64,000 bases of DNA from an uncultured Alphaproteobacteria bacterium (GTDB lineage Bacteria; Pseudomonadota; Alphaproteobacteria; RF32; CAG-239), in the NCBI GenBank assembly GCA_944390315.1, contig CALXPO010000024.1, positions 778 through 64,777 of the forward strand. Reading direction: 5' to 3'. Position numbers and translations under genes: made by a program. Under the pieces are notes generated by a model that saw nothing but the letters and a program-made list of their open reading frames with translations, did not search any database and was not told the DNA's origin. This document shows positions 1 to 9,392 of the stretch, in pieces (the stretch's first letter is position 1; every line of letters starts with the position of its first letter).

Positions 1-1170
1 TATTTCAGCTACGGAAAAAATAATATCGATACCTCAAAACTTTCAAAAATCGGCTATGCCGGATTTAGACTGCATAACCAACTAAACACTAAAAAATATT
101 TTGACGAACTGGTTTCTTTTTTGGGTGCAAGTTATTTCAGAGCTTTGGGTAAAGGACAAAAATATGGTCTTTCCGCCCGCGGTTTGGCTATTGACACCGC
201 CGTTCAAACCGGTGAAGAATTTCCTATATTCAGAGAATTTTGGTTAGTACGTCCCAAAAGAAACGATAAATCCGCCACCGTCTACGCTTTACTTGACAGT
301 CCGAGTGCAACCGGAATATATACTTTTATAATTACTCCGGGCGAAAATACAATAATGGATATCGATGCCAAAATTTTTCCGAGAAAAGCTATAAATAAGC
401 TCGGAATTGCTCCGCTTACCTCTATGTATTTGTTTGGTGAAAATACGAAAAACAAATTTGATGACCACCGCCCCGAAGTGCACGATAGCGACGGATTGCT
501 CATCTTAAACGGAAATAACGAATGGCTGTGGCGACCGCTGGATAATTCAAAATATCTCCGTATCAGTGCTTTCGTTGACGAAAACCCCCAAGGCTTCGGG
601 TTGTTACAACGTGATCAAAACCCTGCTCATTATCTCGATTTTGAAGCTAATTATGAGCAACGTCCAAGTGTTTGGGTCGAACCTATCGGTGATTGGGGAA
701 AAGGATGGGTCGAATTGGTGGAAATTCCTTCTCTACAAGAAATTCATGACAATGTTGTCGCTTATTGGGTTCCGAAAGAAAAAGTCATACCGCAAAAACA
801 ATTAAATTACAAATATCGCTTATACTGGTTTAAAAAACTTCCCGTCAAAAAAATTCCGGGCGACATTACCGCTACCTATACCGGTATCGGCGGCGTATCC
901 GGAATGTTGGAAGAACATAAACGTAAATTTGTTATAGATTTTGATATTCTCAATATGGAACGCGAAGTTGAAAAAGGAATTGCCACTTTGGAAGTTTCCA
1001 CCAGTGAAGGAGAAATTGTCGGAAAACACTTAATGTATAATCCGGTTACAAAAGGCTTGACAGCTTATATAGACTTTAAGCCAAACGGCAAAACTTCCGA
1101 GCTACGTGCTTCCGTCGTCAAACGCGGTAAAAATATTTCCGAAATATGGAGTTACCAATGGTTGCCATAA
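1..1170 (+). CDS. opgG: Glucans biosynthesis protein G (OpgG/MdoG), 5'-truncated by window edge. The frame is open from nt 1.
   Basis: Translation (FRALGKGQKYGLSARGLAIDT... EFWLVRP...) matches the OpgG/MdoG periplasmic glucan biosynthesis family. The frame upstream of the first Met is open to position 1. Confidence 0.85.
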   Translation, partial: YFSYGKNNIDTSKLSKIGYAGFRLHNQLNTKKYFDELVSFLGASYFRALGKGQKYGLSARGLAIDTAVQTGEEFPIFREFWLVRPKRNDKSATVYALLDSPSATGIYTFIITPGENTIMDIDAKIFPRKAINKLGIAPLTSMYLFGENTKNKFDDHRPEVHDSDGLLILNGNNEWLWRPLDNSKYLRISAFVDENPQGFGLLQRDQNPAHYLDFEANYEQRPSVWVEPIGDWGKGWVELVEIPSLQEIHDNVVAYWVPKEKVIPQKQLNYKYRLYWFKKLPVKKIPGDITATYTGIGGVSGMLEEHKRKFVIDFDILNMEREVEKGIATLEVSTSEGEIVGKHLMYNPVTKGLTAYIDFKPNGKTSELRASVVKRGKNISEIWSYQWLP

Positions 1171-1580
1171 AAATTTTGAGTAAAGAAGATGTCATTGCCG
1201 CTTATTTGTGCAGCTTGAATTTTCCTGTTTCGCATATTGATACTTTAGTTCATCTTCTCAAAAACAAAATAAGTTTGAACTCAGATGATGCAAACGACCT
1301 CATTAAAGAAATTGATTGCCTGTTGCTAAATATGGCACGAAAAGTATTTCCAAATACTAAACTTAGCAATGAACAATTATTAACCCAGTTTAAACTTCAG
1401 TTCATTCTTAATAATGGGGCAAAACAATGTGTTAAAAACGGCATCAAAAATTTTGAGCTGCCGACACAGCTTGTTGAAAACATGCGTGCAAACTTATTTT
1501 TTAGTGCTCCCTCTTATCATTACAGCGAGATGAAACCGCAAAAAATTGAAACCTTCGGCTCTAAAAGGAAAAAGAAATGA
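1146..1580 (+). CDS. Hypothetical 144-aa protein wedged between opgG and opgH. It overlaps both (ATGA overlap with opgH).
   Basis: ORF only. No recognisable motifs. Spacing suggests translational coupling with opgH. Confidence 0.35.
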   Translation: MELPMVAIKILSKEDVIAAYLCSLNFPVSHIDTLVHLLKNKISLNSDDANDLIKEIDCLLLNMARKVFPNTKLSNEQLLTQFKLQFILNNGAKQCVKNGIKNFELPTQLVENMRANLFFSAPSYHYSEMKPQKIETFGSKRKKK

Positions 1581-3628
1581 GCTCTTATTTTACACCGATT
1601 TCAGCTAAGCAAATTCGTCACAGAAGACTGTGGATTTTCGGATTAATGTTTTTCAGCACACTAATGGCAACCTTAAAATGGATTACCGTTATACCAAGTA
1701 GTTCTGCTCTGATAACTAAGTGCTTGATGGTTAGTTTATTTATCTTAACTTTTGCATGGATTGCTCTATTCTTTTGGTCGAGTATTTTTGGTTTTTGGCA
1801 ATTGCTGCGTAAGAAAAAAGTTCTGGGTGTACATTGGCCGGAACAAAATTTTGACTTAAACACAAAAACAGCCATACTAATGCCTGTTTATAATGAATCT
1901 CCGGTTAATGTATATGCTAATTTGTTGGCCATGGCTCACCAACTGGAACAAACAGGGCAAATGTCAGCCTATGACATTTTTGTTTTAAGTGATACCACCA
2001 ATCCCAAAATTTGGGTAGAAGAAGAATATATGTGGAATGAAACCCGTAAATTGATGCCGCAAGGTATGAACATCTATTATCGTCGCCGTCCTCAAAATAC
2101 AGCTCGAAAAAGCGGCAATATCGAAGATTTTTGCAACAAGTGGGGAACACTCTATGATTATATGATTATACTTGATGCCGATAGTTTGCTTGACGGACAA
2201 ACAATGGTTACCATGTCCAGACTTATGGAAATCAACCCACAAGCAGGTATCATTCAGGCTCCGCCGATGTGTATTAACCGTAATTCTTTATTTGCAAGGA
2301 TTCAACAATTTGCCGGAAAAGTCTATGGGCCGATTGTATCTGCCGGTTTAGCCTATTGGCAAGTCGGTGACAGTAATTATTGGGGACATAACGCCATTAT
2401 TCGGGTTAAGGCCTTTATGGACTGTTGCAAACTGCCTGTCTTGGAAGGAAAAGCACCGTTCGGCGGTTATATTCTCAGTCATGATTTTGTTGAAGCGGCC
2501 CTTATCCGCCGCGGAGGTTGGAATGCTTGGTTACTGCCCGAACTTAAAGGAAGTTATGAAGAATGTCCTCCGTCAATGATTGATTTTGCCGTACGCGATC
2601 GGCGTTGGTGCCAGGGAAATATGCAACATATTAAAGTTTTGTTTTCAAAGGGGTTGCATCCGGTCAGCCGCATTCATTTTACCATCGGCATCATGTCTTA
2701 TTTATCCTCACCGATTTGGTTGTGCTTTTTGCTGGTTGGTCTTGCCGTTGCACTCGGGCGAAATCTCTTTCCGCCGGAATATTTTCCGACAACCTATACT
2801 TTGTTTCCGACCTGGCCCATTTTTGATAAAATAGGCACCATCAGCTTGTTTATTATCTCTATGTTTATGCTTATCTTTCCGAAATTTTTGGGCTTGATTA
2901 TATACCTCACTCAAAATAAGTGGAAAAAAATCGGCGGCTTTTTCGGGGCCTGCAAAAGTGTTTTGGCCGAAATTGTATTTAGTGCCTTAAATGCACCGAT
3001 TATGATGATGTTTCAGAGTAAATTTGTATTTGACATCTTCGCCGGAAACGATGCCGGATGGAATACGCAAAACCGTGATGAAACGGGAACGTCATTCAAA
3101 GAGGCCTTCCTCCGCCATCGTTGGCATACTTTACTCGGCATTGCAACAACAATTATTGTGTGGTTTTATGCCCACAGTTTGTTTTGGTGGATGCTGCCGA
3201 TTACACTCGGACTTATGCTGTCAATTCCTATTTCGATATTTTCTTCACGAGAAACGGTAGGGCAAAAAGCCAAAAAAGCTAATTACTTTATTATTCCCGA
3301 AGAAAATGATAAACCTGAAGTTTTAAAGCGTTCTCTGGCTTTTCGTAAAAAATTTGAAGAAATTCATCAAAATAAAGTTTTTGGTGTCGAAATCGTTACG
3401 GATGATACCGTTATGAACCTTTTACATCTTATGATGCTTCCGGTAAATGGTCCGGCTCCCGAATTTGGCACAAAAGCCTTGGAAATTGCAAAAATAAAAT
3501 TGGAAAACTATGTCAACCATGATTTGAAAATGGATTTGTCCAAGGAAGAAGAAATTGCTTTGCTGTACAGCCCAAATACGCTTAAAATAGCAAATTTAAT
3601 CAGACAATTGAGCAAAATCAAAAAATAA
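1577..3628 (+). CDS. opgH: Glucans biosynthesis glucosyltransferase H (OpgH/MdoH), GT2 family, multi-pass membrane protein.
   Basis: Shows ILDADS...QAPP...RWCQGN motifs typical of OpgH/GT2 and multiple TM segments. Sits adjacent to opgG. At 683 aa it is shorter than E. coli OpgH and lacks the long N-terminal cytoplasmic domain. Confidence 0.9.
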   Translation: MSSYFTPISAKQIRHRRLWIFGLMFFSTLMATLKWITVIPSSSALITKCLMVSLFILTFAWIALFFWSSIFGFWQLLRKKKVLGVHWPEQNFDLNTKTAILMPVYNESPVNVYANLLAMAHQLEQTGQMSAYDIFVLSDTTNPKIWVEEEYMWNETRKLMPQGMNIYYRRRPQNTARKSGNIEDFCNKWGTLYDYMIILDADSLLDGQTMVTMSRLMEINPQAGIIQAPPMCINRNSLFARIQQFAGKVYGPIVSAGLAYWQVGDSNYWGHNAIIRVKAFMDCCKLPVLEGKAPFGGYILSHDFVEAALIRRGGWNAWLLPELKGSYEECPPSMIDFAVRDRRWCQGNMQHIKVLFSKGLHPVSRIHFTIGIMSYLSSPIWLCFLLVGLAVALGRNLFPPEYFPTTYTLFPTWPIFDKIGTISLFIISMFMLIFPKFLGLIIYLTQNKWKKIGGFFGACKSVLAEIVFSALNAPIMMMFQSKFVFDIFAGNDAGWNTQNRDETGTSFKEAFLRHRWHTLLGIATTIIVWFYAHSLFWWMLPITLGLMLSIPISIFSSRETVGQKAKKANYFIIPEENDKPEVLKRSLAFRKKFEEIHQNKVFGVEIVTDDTVMNLLHLMMLPVNGPAPEFGTKALEIAKIKLENYVNHDLKMDLSKEEEIALLYSPNTLKIANLIRQLSKIKK

Positions 3629-3652
3629 AGATTGTTTTTGCATTGAATGCTA

Positions 3653-3681
3653 TTGACAAAAATCATGTCAACTTGTAGCAT
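3653..3681 (+). promoter_or_regulatory. Putative sigma70-type promoter (TTGACA-N17-TAGCAT) upstream of the hemolysin-family gene.
   Basis: Hexamers read directly: TTGACA at 3653-3658, a 17-nt spacer, and TAGCAT at 3676-3681. Confidence 0.3.
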
Positions 3682-3725
3682 GTCCTTTGTTTTAAATAGT
3701 TGTGAGGTCTGAAAATTAATTTATC

Positions 3726-5063
3726 ATGAGTCCCGTATACACTTACGTCGTCAATTTATTTTTTGTTTTTTTACTTGTCTTTGCTAACGCTTTTTTTGTA
3801 GTTTCCGAGTTTGCCATCGTCAAAATTCGACGTACAAAATTGGAAGAATTGGCTCATTTTGGAAATAAAAAAGCCAAAATAGCTCTGAAAATTACGGAAA
3901 ATCTTAACACCTATCTCAGCGCCATTCAATTGGGAATCACTTTGGCTTCTCTGGGACTGGGCTGGATTGGTGAACCTGCCGTTTCAAAACTTCTTGAAGA
4001 TTTGTTCAGAGATTTTTTTGCCGACAATAAAGTATTGTTACACTCAATCAGCTTCAGCGTGGCTTTTGGATTGATTACCCTGCTCCACGTTGTCTTGGGA
4101 GAATTGGTACCAAAATCTTTGGCTATTCAAAATACCGAAAATTTTGCCCTGATTATCGCCAAACCTCTTTATGTCTTTAAACATATTTTTGCTCCCTTTA
4201 TTTGGGTTTTTGATCAAGTAACCGCCGGTATCTTGCATCTTATGGGAATTCAACAATCAAACGAAACCGACGATGCTCACTCTGAAGAAGAAATTAAACT
4301 GATTATCGATGCTTCGCAAAAAGGCGGCGTCATTGATGATACAGAAGGTGAAATTATTCAAAACGCCATTGATTTTTCAGAAATTTTTGCTCACGAAATT
4401 ATGATTCCACGGCAAGACATGAAATGCCTTTATCAAAATTACACTTTTGAACAAGCCATGGATTTTGTTAAAAAGAATAATCATACACGTTTTCCTTTGT
4501 GCAACAAAGATAAAGATCATGTTATCGGAATGTTGCATATTCGTGATTTGTTGGAATATGAAGGTGACGGAAAAGATAAAGATGTTCTGACAAAATTAGC
4601 ACGCAAAATTTTATTTGTTCCTGAAAACAAATCCATTTCCGAAATTTTGCACCAAATGATGTCGCGTCATATCCATTTGGCTATTGTGGTCGACGAATAT
4701 GGCGGTACCGCCGGTTTGCTCTCTATGGAAGATATTTTGGAAGAACTTGTCGGAGATATTATGGACGAACATGACGACGCAACAAATGAGCCTATTAAAA
4801 AAATTAATGAAAACATGTGCGAATTTGACGGCGTAGTTTTGGTTGAAGATGCTTTTGACAGTATGGATTTGCCTGAATGCGAACACGAAGAAAGCACAAT
4901 GGGCGGTTATGTCTTCGGTTTGCTCGGACGCTTACCAAAAGTCGGCGATAAGGTCGAAGATGTTTACTGCGAATATGAAGTTATCGGTGTGGATAATATG
5001 CGCATCACTCGCATTAGAGCCAAAATAAAACCTTTTAGGACGGACAATGATGAAGAACAGTAA
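3726..5063 (+). CDS. tlyC: Hemolysin-family / CNNM-type transporter-associated protein (DUF21 TM domain + CBS pair + CorC_HlyC), TlyC-like.
   Basis: N-terminal 4-TM DUF21-like region, central CBS-like region, and a C-terminal CorC/HlyC transporter-associated motif. Confidence 0.8.
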   Translation: MSPVYTYVVNLFFVFLLVFANAFFVVSEFAIVKIRRTKLEELAHFGNKKAKIALKITENLNTYLSAIQLGITLASLGLGWIGEPAVSKLLEDLFRDFFADNKVLLHSISFSVAFGLITLLHVVLGELVPKSLAIQNTENFALIIAKPLYVFKHIFAPFIWVFDQVTAGILHLMGIQQSNETDDAHSEEEIKLIIDASQKGGVIDDTEGEIIQNAIDFSEIFAHEIMIPRQDMKCLYQNYTFEQAMDFVKKNNHTRFPLCNKDKDHVIGMLHIRDLLEYEGDGKDKDVLTKLARKILFVPENKSISEILHQMMSRHIHLAIVVDEYGGTAGLLSMEDILEELVGDIMDEHDDATNEPIKKINENMCEFDGVVLVEDAFDSMDLPECEHEESTMGGYVFGLLGRLPKVGDKVEDVYCEYEVIGVDNMRITRIRAKIKPFRTDNDEEQ

Positions 5064-5421
5064 TACCGTGTCTTTATTGGTCGGTCTGTTTATGCTTTCT
5101 TATTCCGATACGTATGCCGGTTGCTTAGATTTGCCTCAACCTCAGGCAAGGCAGGCTTTACAAATTTTAAGCACGCAAGATATGATTGTCGAATATTGCG
5201 AAAAATGTTCCGACAATATTCATCAAATTATTGGCATACGTTCAACAGGCATTGTTTGCGATAATAAGAATATGTGTCGTATTTTGATAAACGGTCAAGA
5301 AGCGGATATGTCCCGTCTCTTTGCTCAAAATGCCGATGGTAAAGATGAAAATATTGCATATGCCATACATTGTCCCGATGCCCTGCTTTATAATCCTCGT
5401 TTTTTAGATTTTAACAAATAA
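5047..5421 (+). CDS. Hypothetical small secreted cysteine-rich protein (signal peptide, possible lipobox YAGC).
   Basis: N-terminal hydrophobic signal-like segment. Eight Cys in 124 aa. Overlaps the tlyC stop by 17 nt. Confidence 0.4.
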   Translation: MMKNSNTVSLLVGLFMLSYSDTYAGCLDLPQPQARQALQILSTQDMIVEYCEKCSDNIHQIIGIRSTGIVCDNKNMCRILINGQEADMSRLFAQNADGKDENIAYAIHCPDALLYNPRFLDFNK

Positions 5422-5427
5422 AAACTG

Positions 5428-6219
5428 TTGCTTACTGTTTTTAATGATTATATAACAGTTATGAGAATTAACATCAAAACGGAAAACATCATGGAAAAAA
5501 TTATCAATTATATTGCTAAAGGTCAGGGTTTAGGCATCAAATATTTACTTCTTTTTGCCTTAATCGTAACGATTATTTTTAGCATTAACATCAAGTTAAT
5601 CGGCGAAGATATTATGGTGCCCAAGGCTCAAGAAATTGCTAATCAATTTTTACCTGTCAAAATTGAGAACGGCGAAATTGTAGAACCTATCAACATCGTA
5701 AAAAAGCATACAATCATCGTCGGTGAGGGTGAAAGCGCTCAATCTTTCGATATCCTTATGGATACAACAACGTATAATCTTGATCCGACGGAATTAAAAG
5801 ATGGCATCTATATTACACGCTCCGCTGTTTATACCGTTAATGACGGTGAAGCAAGAGTCCATAAATTAGAAGATTCTTTAGACCTGCCGAGCGGCGACTA
5901 TACTGAATTGTTTACCTCATTTTTGAATTGGGGAATTTTTATTTTCGGCATTTTTGCATTCTTAGGTTTGGCGCTGTTCTATTTTATAGCTGTTATTTTT
6001 TATGCGACCTGCTCTTACCTCATTTCGCTGATTATGCGTAAGAAATATAACTACGATTTAAGAATGAGATTAAGCACATTAGCTTTCATCGTGACATATA
6101 TTGTCTTTTCTATTCTCGAGCTATTCGGCTTTGGCAGCAACCTTATCTTTTTCTTAGCTGTTTTAGCTTTGCAAAGTTTAGTTATGAAAGACATTCCGAC
6201 CCAAGAAGTAAATCAATAA
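5428..6219 (+). CDS. Hypothetical integral membrane protein (DUF1189-like architecture: N-terminal TM, soluble domain, C-terminal TM bundle).
   Basis: ORF with clear TM segments at both ends. Followed by a rho-independent terminator. Confidence 0.5.
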   Translation: MLTVFNDYITVMRINIKTENIMEKIINYIAKGQGLGIKYLLLFALIVTIIFSINIKLIGEDIMVPKAQEIANQFLPVKIENGEIVEPINIVKKHTIIVGEGESAQSFDILMDTTTYNLDPTELKDGIYITRSAVYTVNDGEARVHKLEDSLDLPSGDYTELFTSFLNWGIFIFGIFAFLGLALFYFIAVIFYATCSYLISLIMRKKYNYDLRMRLSTLAFIVTYIVFSILELFGFGSNLIFFLAVLALQSLVMKDIPTQEVNQ

Positions 6220-6237
6220 TCTTGAAAGTATGATTTC

Positions 6238-6264
6238 GGCCTCGCTTCGGCGAGGCTTTTTTTG
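6238..6264 (+). terminator. Rho-independent terminator (GGCCTCGC-TTCG-GCGAGGC + T-tract).
   Basis: GC-rich stem-loop followed by TTTTTTTG, read directly. Confidence 0.55.
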
Positions 6265-6345
6265 TCTACTATCCATAACTATTCTACGGTAGATAATGCC
6301 AAATTATATTTACATTATTTATTTTTTATGTTACATTAGACAAAA

Positions 6346-7344
6346 TTGTTCGAAAGGGTTAATATGAAAAAAAATTCGCTATGGCAAAAAATAAAAGATA
6401 AATTTTGTCACAAATTTATCAAATTGGCTATACTTTCACTTCCCATACTCGGAACAAACGCCGGCGAAAATACTTCACCGCTACCTTCCTCGGATATTGC
6501 CAAGAATAAAGCCTTAACAGAAAAGAGCGTCTCTCCTTCTCGGCAAAATAACTTTGTCCCCCTCAATTCCGATGAAATCATTGCTCAAAAACTTCTTTCC
6601 GAAAAACAAAATATTATCGGAAATTTTAATTTGAACGACAGAGAATTTTCTGCCGAAGATTTGTCACGAATACAACAATGTCCCCTAAACGAACAAATCA
6701 TTAAAACTGCAAAAAAAAATGCCAAACGAGGCGTCCCCGGCTCCGGACAACAAACATACTGTCTCGGCGCCGTTAAGGAATTTTATAGCGCCAACGGAAT
6801 AATTATCGACGCTCAACGTTTTGCATACCGCGCCGTTGATAGTTTGCAGACAAATTCAAACTTTACGGAAATAAACGTTAACATATCAGACTTTGCAAGC
6901 ATGCCTGACGGCGCTCTGATGGCATGGGAAAAAGGCACGACACGCTATGGACATATTGCCATGAAAATCGGCAATAGAGAATATTGCGACTATGTTTATA
7001 ACCTTCATACCAATAATCGCCGCGGAAGAACAGGACAACGTTATGGCAAAGCCCATGTTTTTCTGTTGAAACAAATGCCTCTTACCGAAGATTTTACTCG
7101 TAAATTGATTGCGGAAGGACGGCTGAAAGATGATGTCAGAAAAAGAATTGAAGCTAAAATCAAAACAGATGATATGTATGCCAGATTGAAATATCACCCG
7201 CTAAAAACTTTTGATGTTGCAGATTCTGCTTTATTTCAAAGAAATTCGGCGTCCGTCGAAAGTCCAACTTCGCATTCCCAAAAATATGCGGGAAACCAAT
7301 TTGATATAAACATGATTAAAAAAACAAAAGAGAAATCACGTTAA
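6346..7344 (+). CDS. Secreted hypothetical protein with a putative CHAP/NlpC-P60-like Cys...His motif pair (YCLGAV ... YGHIAMKIG). Candidate amidase or peptidase effector. The start may be Met7 at 6364.
   Basis: Signal-peptide-like N-terminus. Cys and His motifs resemble the CHAP catalytic dyad. Low GC. Confidence 0.45.
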   Translation: MFERVNMKKNSLWQKIKDKFCHKFIKLAILSLPILGTNAGENTSPLPSSDIAKNKALTEKSVSPSRQNNFVPLNSDEIIAQKLLSEKQNIIGNFNLNDREFSAEDLSRIQQCPLNEQIIKTAKKNAKRGVPGSGQQTYCLGAVKEFYSANGIIIDAQRFAYRAVDSLQTNSNFTEINVNISDFASMPDGALMAWEKGTTRYGHIAMKIGNREYCDYVYNLHTNNRRGRTGQRYGKAHVFLLKQMPLTEDFTRKLIAEGRLKDDVRKRIEAKIKTDDMYARLKYHPLKTFDVADSALFQRNSASVESPTSHSQKYAGNQFDINMIKKTKEKSR

Positions 7345-7436
7345 CTTTTGTCAATTGATTATTTGCATAAAAAAAACTGGATTTTAATTTTGAAAGTGAT
7401 ATACTAGACAGAAATAGACAATTAAGGCAAAGTAAA

Positions 7437-8780
7437 ATGGGAAAATTTTCAGCAGATAAAGATTATGCACCGCGCGTCTCAATGCATAGGGATTATGAAC
7501 AGCACAAAAAACGCGGCGAAGCCTTGAGTGCTCGAAAAAAACAAATTCTCAGTAAAAACAAACAGTCTGTCGATAAAAATCGTGTTACCGAACAAACCAA
7601 CATCAGTCAACCAACGCCAAGTAACGTCCCCTCTCTGACCGATGAACAAATTTATTCCAAATTAGAAGAATTAAGTGCAAAATTCAGAGCTACAAACGGT
7701 CAAACCGAAGAAGCCGAATTAAGAAAATTTGCCGAACAATACCACCTCAATTTACGCGTTACGTCCGCTGTTTCAAAAACAGACAAAAGTGCCATTGCTC
7801 GTATGGTCTTTAATGGTGGTGTTGAAAAACCAATGATCGGTTACTCTCCAAAATTCGCCGATATTGCAAATTATCCTTTTAAATATTCCGTAAATCCTAA
7901 AAATCCAGAGGATTACAATTTGGATGATTCTACAATTTGGCAGGCTATGGCCGAAGAACCAAGACTCTTTGAAATGAAAGATAAAATAAAATCGGCTCTC
8001 GCTAAAGCCGGCGTTCCAAAAGAGATTCTTCCCGATATGAATCTAAATGATTTTAAGTACCTCATGTTTAATTATTGCGGTGCTCAGAAAGGTCTCGGTT
8101 TTACGAAGCTGTTTCAGGCAAAAGATGAGAATGGAACACCTCTTACCTATAAAGACAGAAACGGAAGAGATGTTCCTATATGCACCAGCGCAAAACAAGA
8201 AAATGTAATGCGTTTTATGCGCGAAAATCCGCAATTTAAGACCATGCTTATGAAAATGCCCGGCATTAACAGAGCTTATGTCGATACCTTAACCAAAAAA
8301 ATGTCAGAAACGGGGCTGACTGATATGTCCAAAGAACTCGAGCGCCACCCGGAATGGGCAAACCAGCCCGCAATTGACGTACATCATATCATCAATATCA
8401 AAGATTGTCGTTTGCTGGAAGAACAAGGAAAATCTTATGCTGCCGTTAATAATTACGAAAATATGTGTATTGTCAGCAATGGTACTCTGCTCGATGCCGT
8501 TAGTCGCGCCAGAAAAATGTCTTCGGAAAACAAAAATACTTCCGTTCATGCCGGTATTCATACTGCCGACGTTGTCTTCAGCGATAAGACAGATAAAGGT
8601 GATATTAAGCGGACAATGGCACGCCTTGAACCCCAACCCGGAGTTAGATGCATGCTCGGATTTAATGACGATATGATTATTATGGATTCAAATTATCAAC
8701 AGCAAACTAATACTCAATCTAACAATAACAATTCGCAAATGTTTTTCATAAAGCAAAATAACGGAGCCGCAAGAGCATGA
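7437..8780 (+). CDS. Putative polymorphic-toxin-like protein. The C-terminal region carries an HNH/AHH-like nuclease motif (DVHHIINIKD ... NNYEN ... HAGIH).
   Basis: HH dyad, downstream Asn, then an HxxxH-like His, consistent with HNH-superfamily toxin domains. ATGA overlap with a downstream SUKH immunity gene. No match to a housekeeping family. Confidence 0.5.
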   Translation: MGKFSADKDYAPRVSMHRDYEQHKKRGEALSARKKQILSKNKQSVDKNRVTEQTNISQPTPSNVPSLTDEQIYSKLEELSAKFRATNGQTEEAELRKFAEQYHLNLRVTSAVSKTDKSAIARMVFNGGVEKPMIGYSPKFADIANYPFKYSVNPKNPEDYNLDDSTIWQAMAEEPRLFEMKDKIKSALAKAGVPKEILPDMNLNDFKYLMFNYCGAQKGLGFTKLFQAKDENGTPLTYKDRNGRDVPICTSAKQENVMRFMRENPQFKTMLMKMPGINRAYVDTLTKKMSETGLTDMSKELERHPEWANQPAIDVHHIINIKDCRLLEEQGKSYAAVNNYENMCIVSNGTLLDAVSRARKMSSENKNTSVHAGIHTADVVFSDKTDKGDIKRTMARLEPQPGVRCMLGFNDDMIIMDSNYQQQTNTQSNNNNSQMFFIKQNNGAARA

Positions 8781-9193
8781 CTATTCAGGAATTAATTGAT
8801 TACATCAAACAAAATGACGAGGTCGGATGCAATAAAGCCACTTCTGATGTAAAAATCGCCATCGGCGTTCTTAAATTAAAAGAAGCCGGTCTTCCCGAAC
8901 CCAGTACCGATTATTATAAGCTGTTGCGACAATTCAACGGTCTTTCAAATAACGGTGGCTATGTTATGGGAATTAATCCTGAAAGTACTTTTTTTCCAAA
9001 TCTTATTGACTATAATCTAAAAGAAAAAGAAAATCTTAATACGGGTGAGATTATTCTTGGCTATGATGATGATTATTGGCTAATTTATAACCAAAATAAT
9101 AAAAATTATAAAATTGTGGATCCTGATGACGGTTCCGAAGAAGGGACATCAAACAACTTAGCCGATATTATTCCTTACGTACTCCATATATGA
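8777..9193 (+). CDS. SMI1/KNR4 (SUKH-1) family protein, putative immunity protein for the upstream toxin.
   Basis: About 138 aa with YYKLLRQFNGLSNNGG...ILGYDDDYWLIY motifs characteristic of SUKH/SMI1-KNR4. Translationally coupled to the toxin gene. Confidence 0.6.
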   Translation: MTIQELIDYIKQNDEVGCNKATSDVKIAIGVLKLKEAGLPEPSTDYYKLLRQFNGLSNNGGYVMGINPESTFFPNLIDYNLKEKENLNTGEIILGYDDDYWLIYNQNNKNYKIVDPDDGSEEGTSNNLADIIPYVLHI

Positions 9194-9200
9194 AGGATAT

Positions 9201-9392
9201 TTGATTATGATGGAATATATAAAACGAAAACTTTGCAGATTAGAAGAAAAAAACGATTGGCGTAAAAAAATCCCGTTTCCGCATTATTATGAAGAAAACG
9301 GAAAAATCGTAAAAGAAACGGCTGACGGGAAAAAATATGTTGTTACTTTAGACGATGCTTATAATGAAGTGATTGTGGAGCAAATAAAATGA
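9201..9392 (+). CDS. Small 63-aa protein, putative epsilon-like antitoxin. ATGA overlap with the zeta-family gene.
   Basis: Position and size immediately upstream of the zeta-toxin-family gene, overlapping it. No sequence motif. Confidence 0.35.
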   Translation: MIMMEYIKRKLCRLEEKNDWRKKIPFPHYYEENGKIVKETADGKKYVVTLDDAYNEVIVEQIK

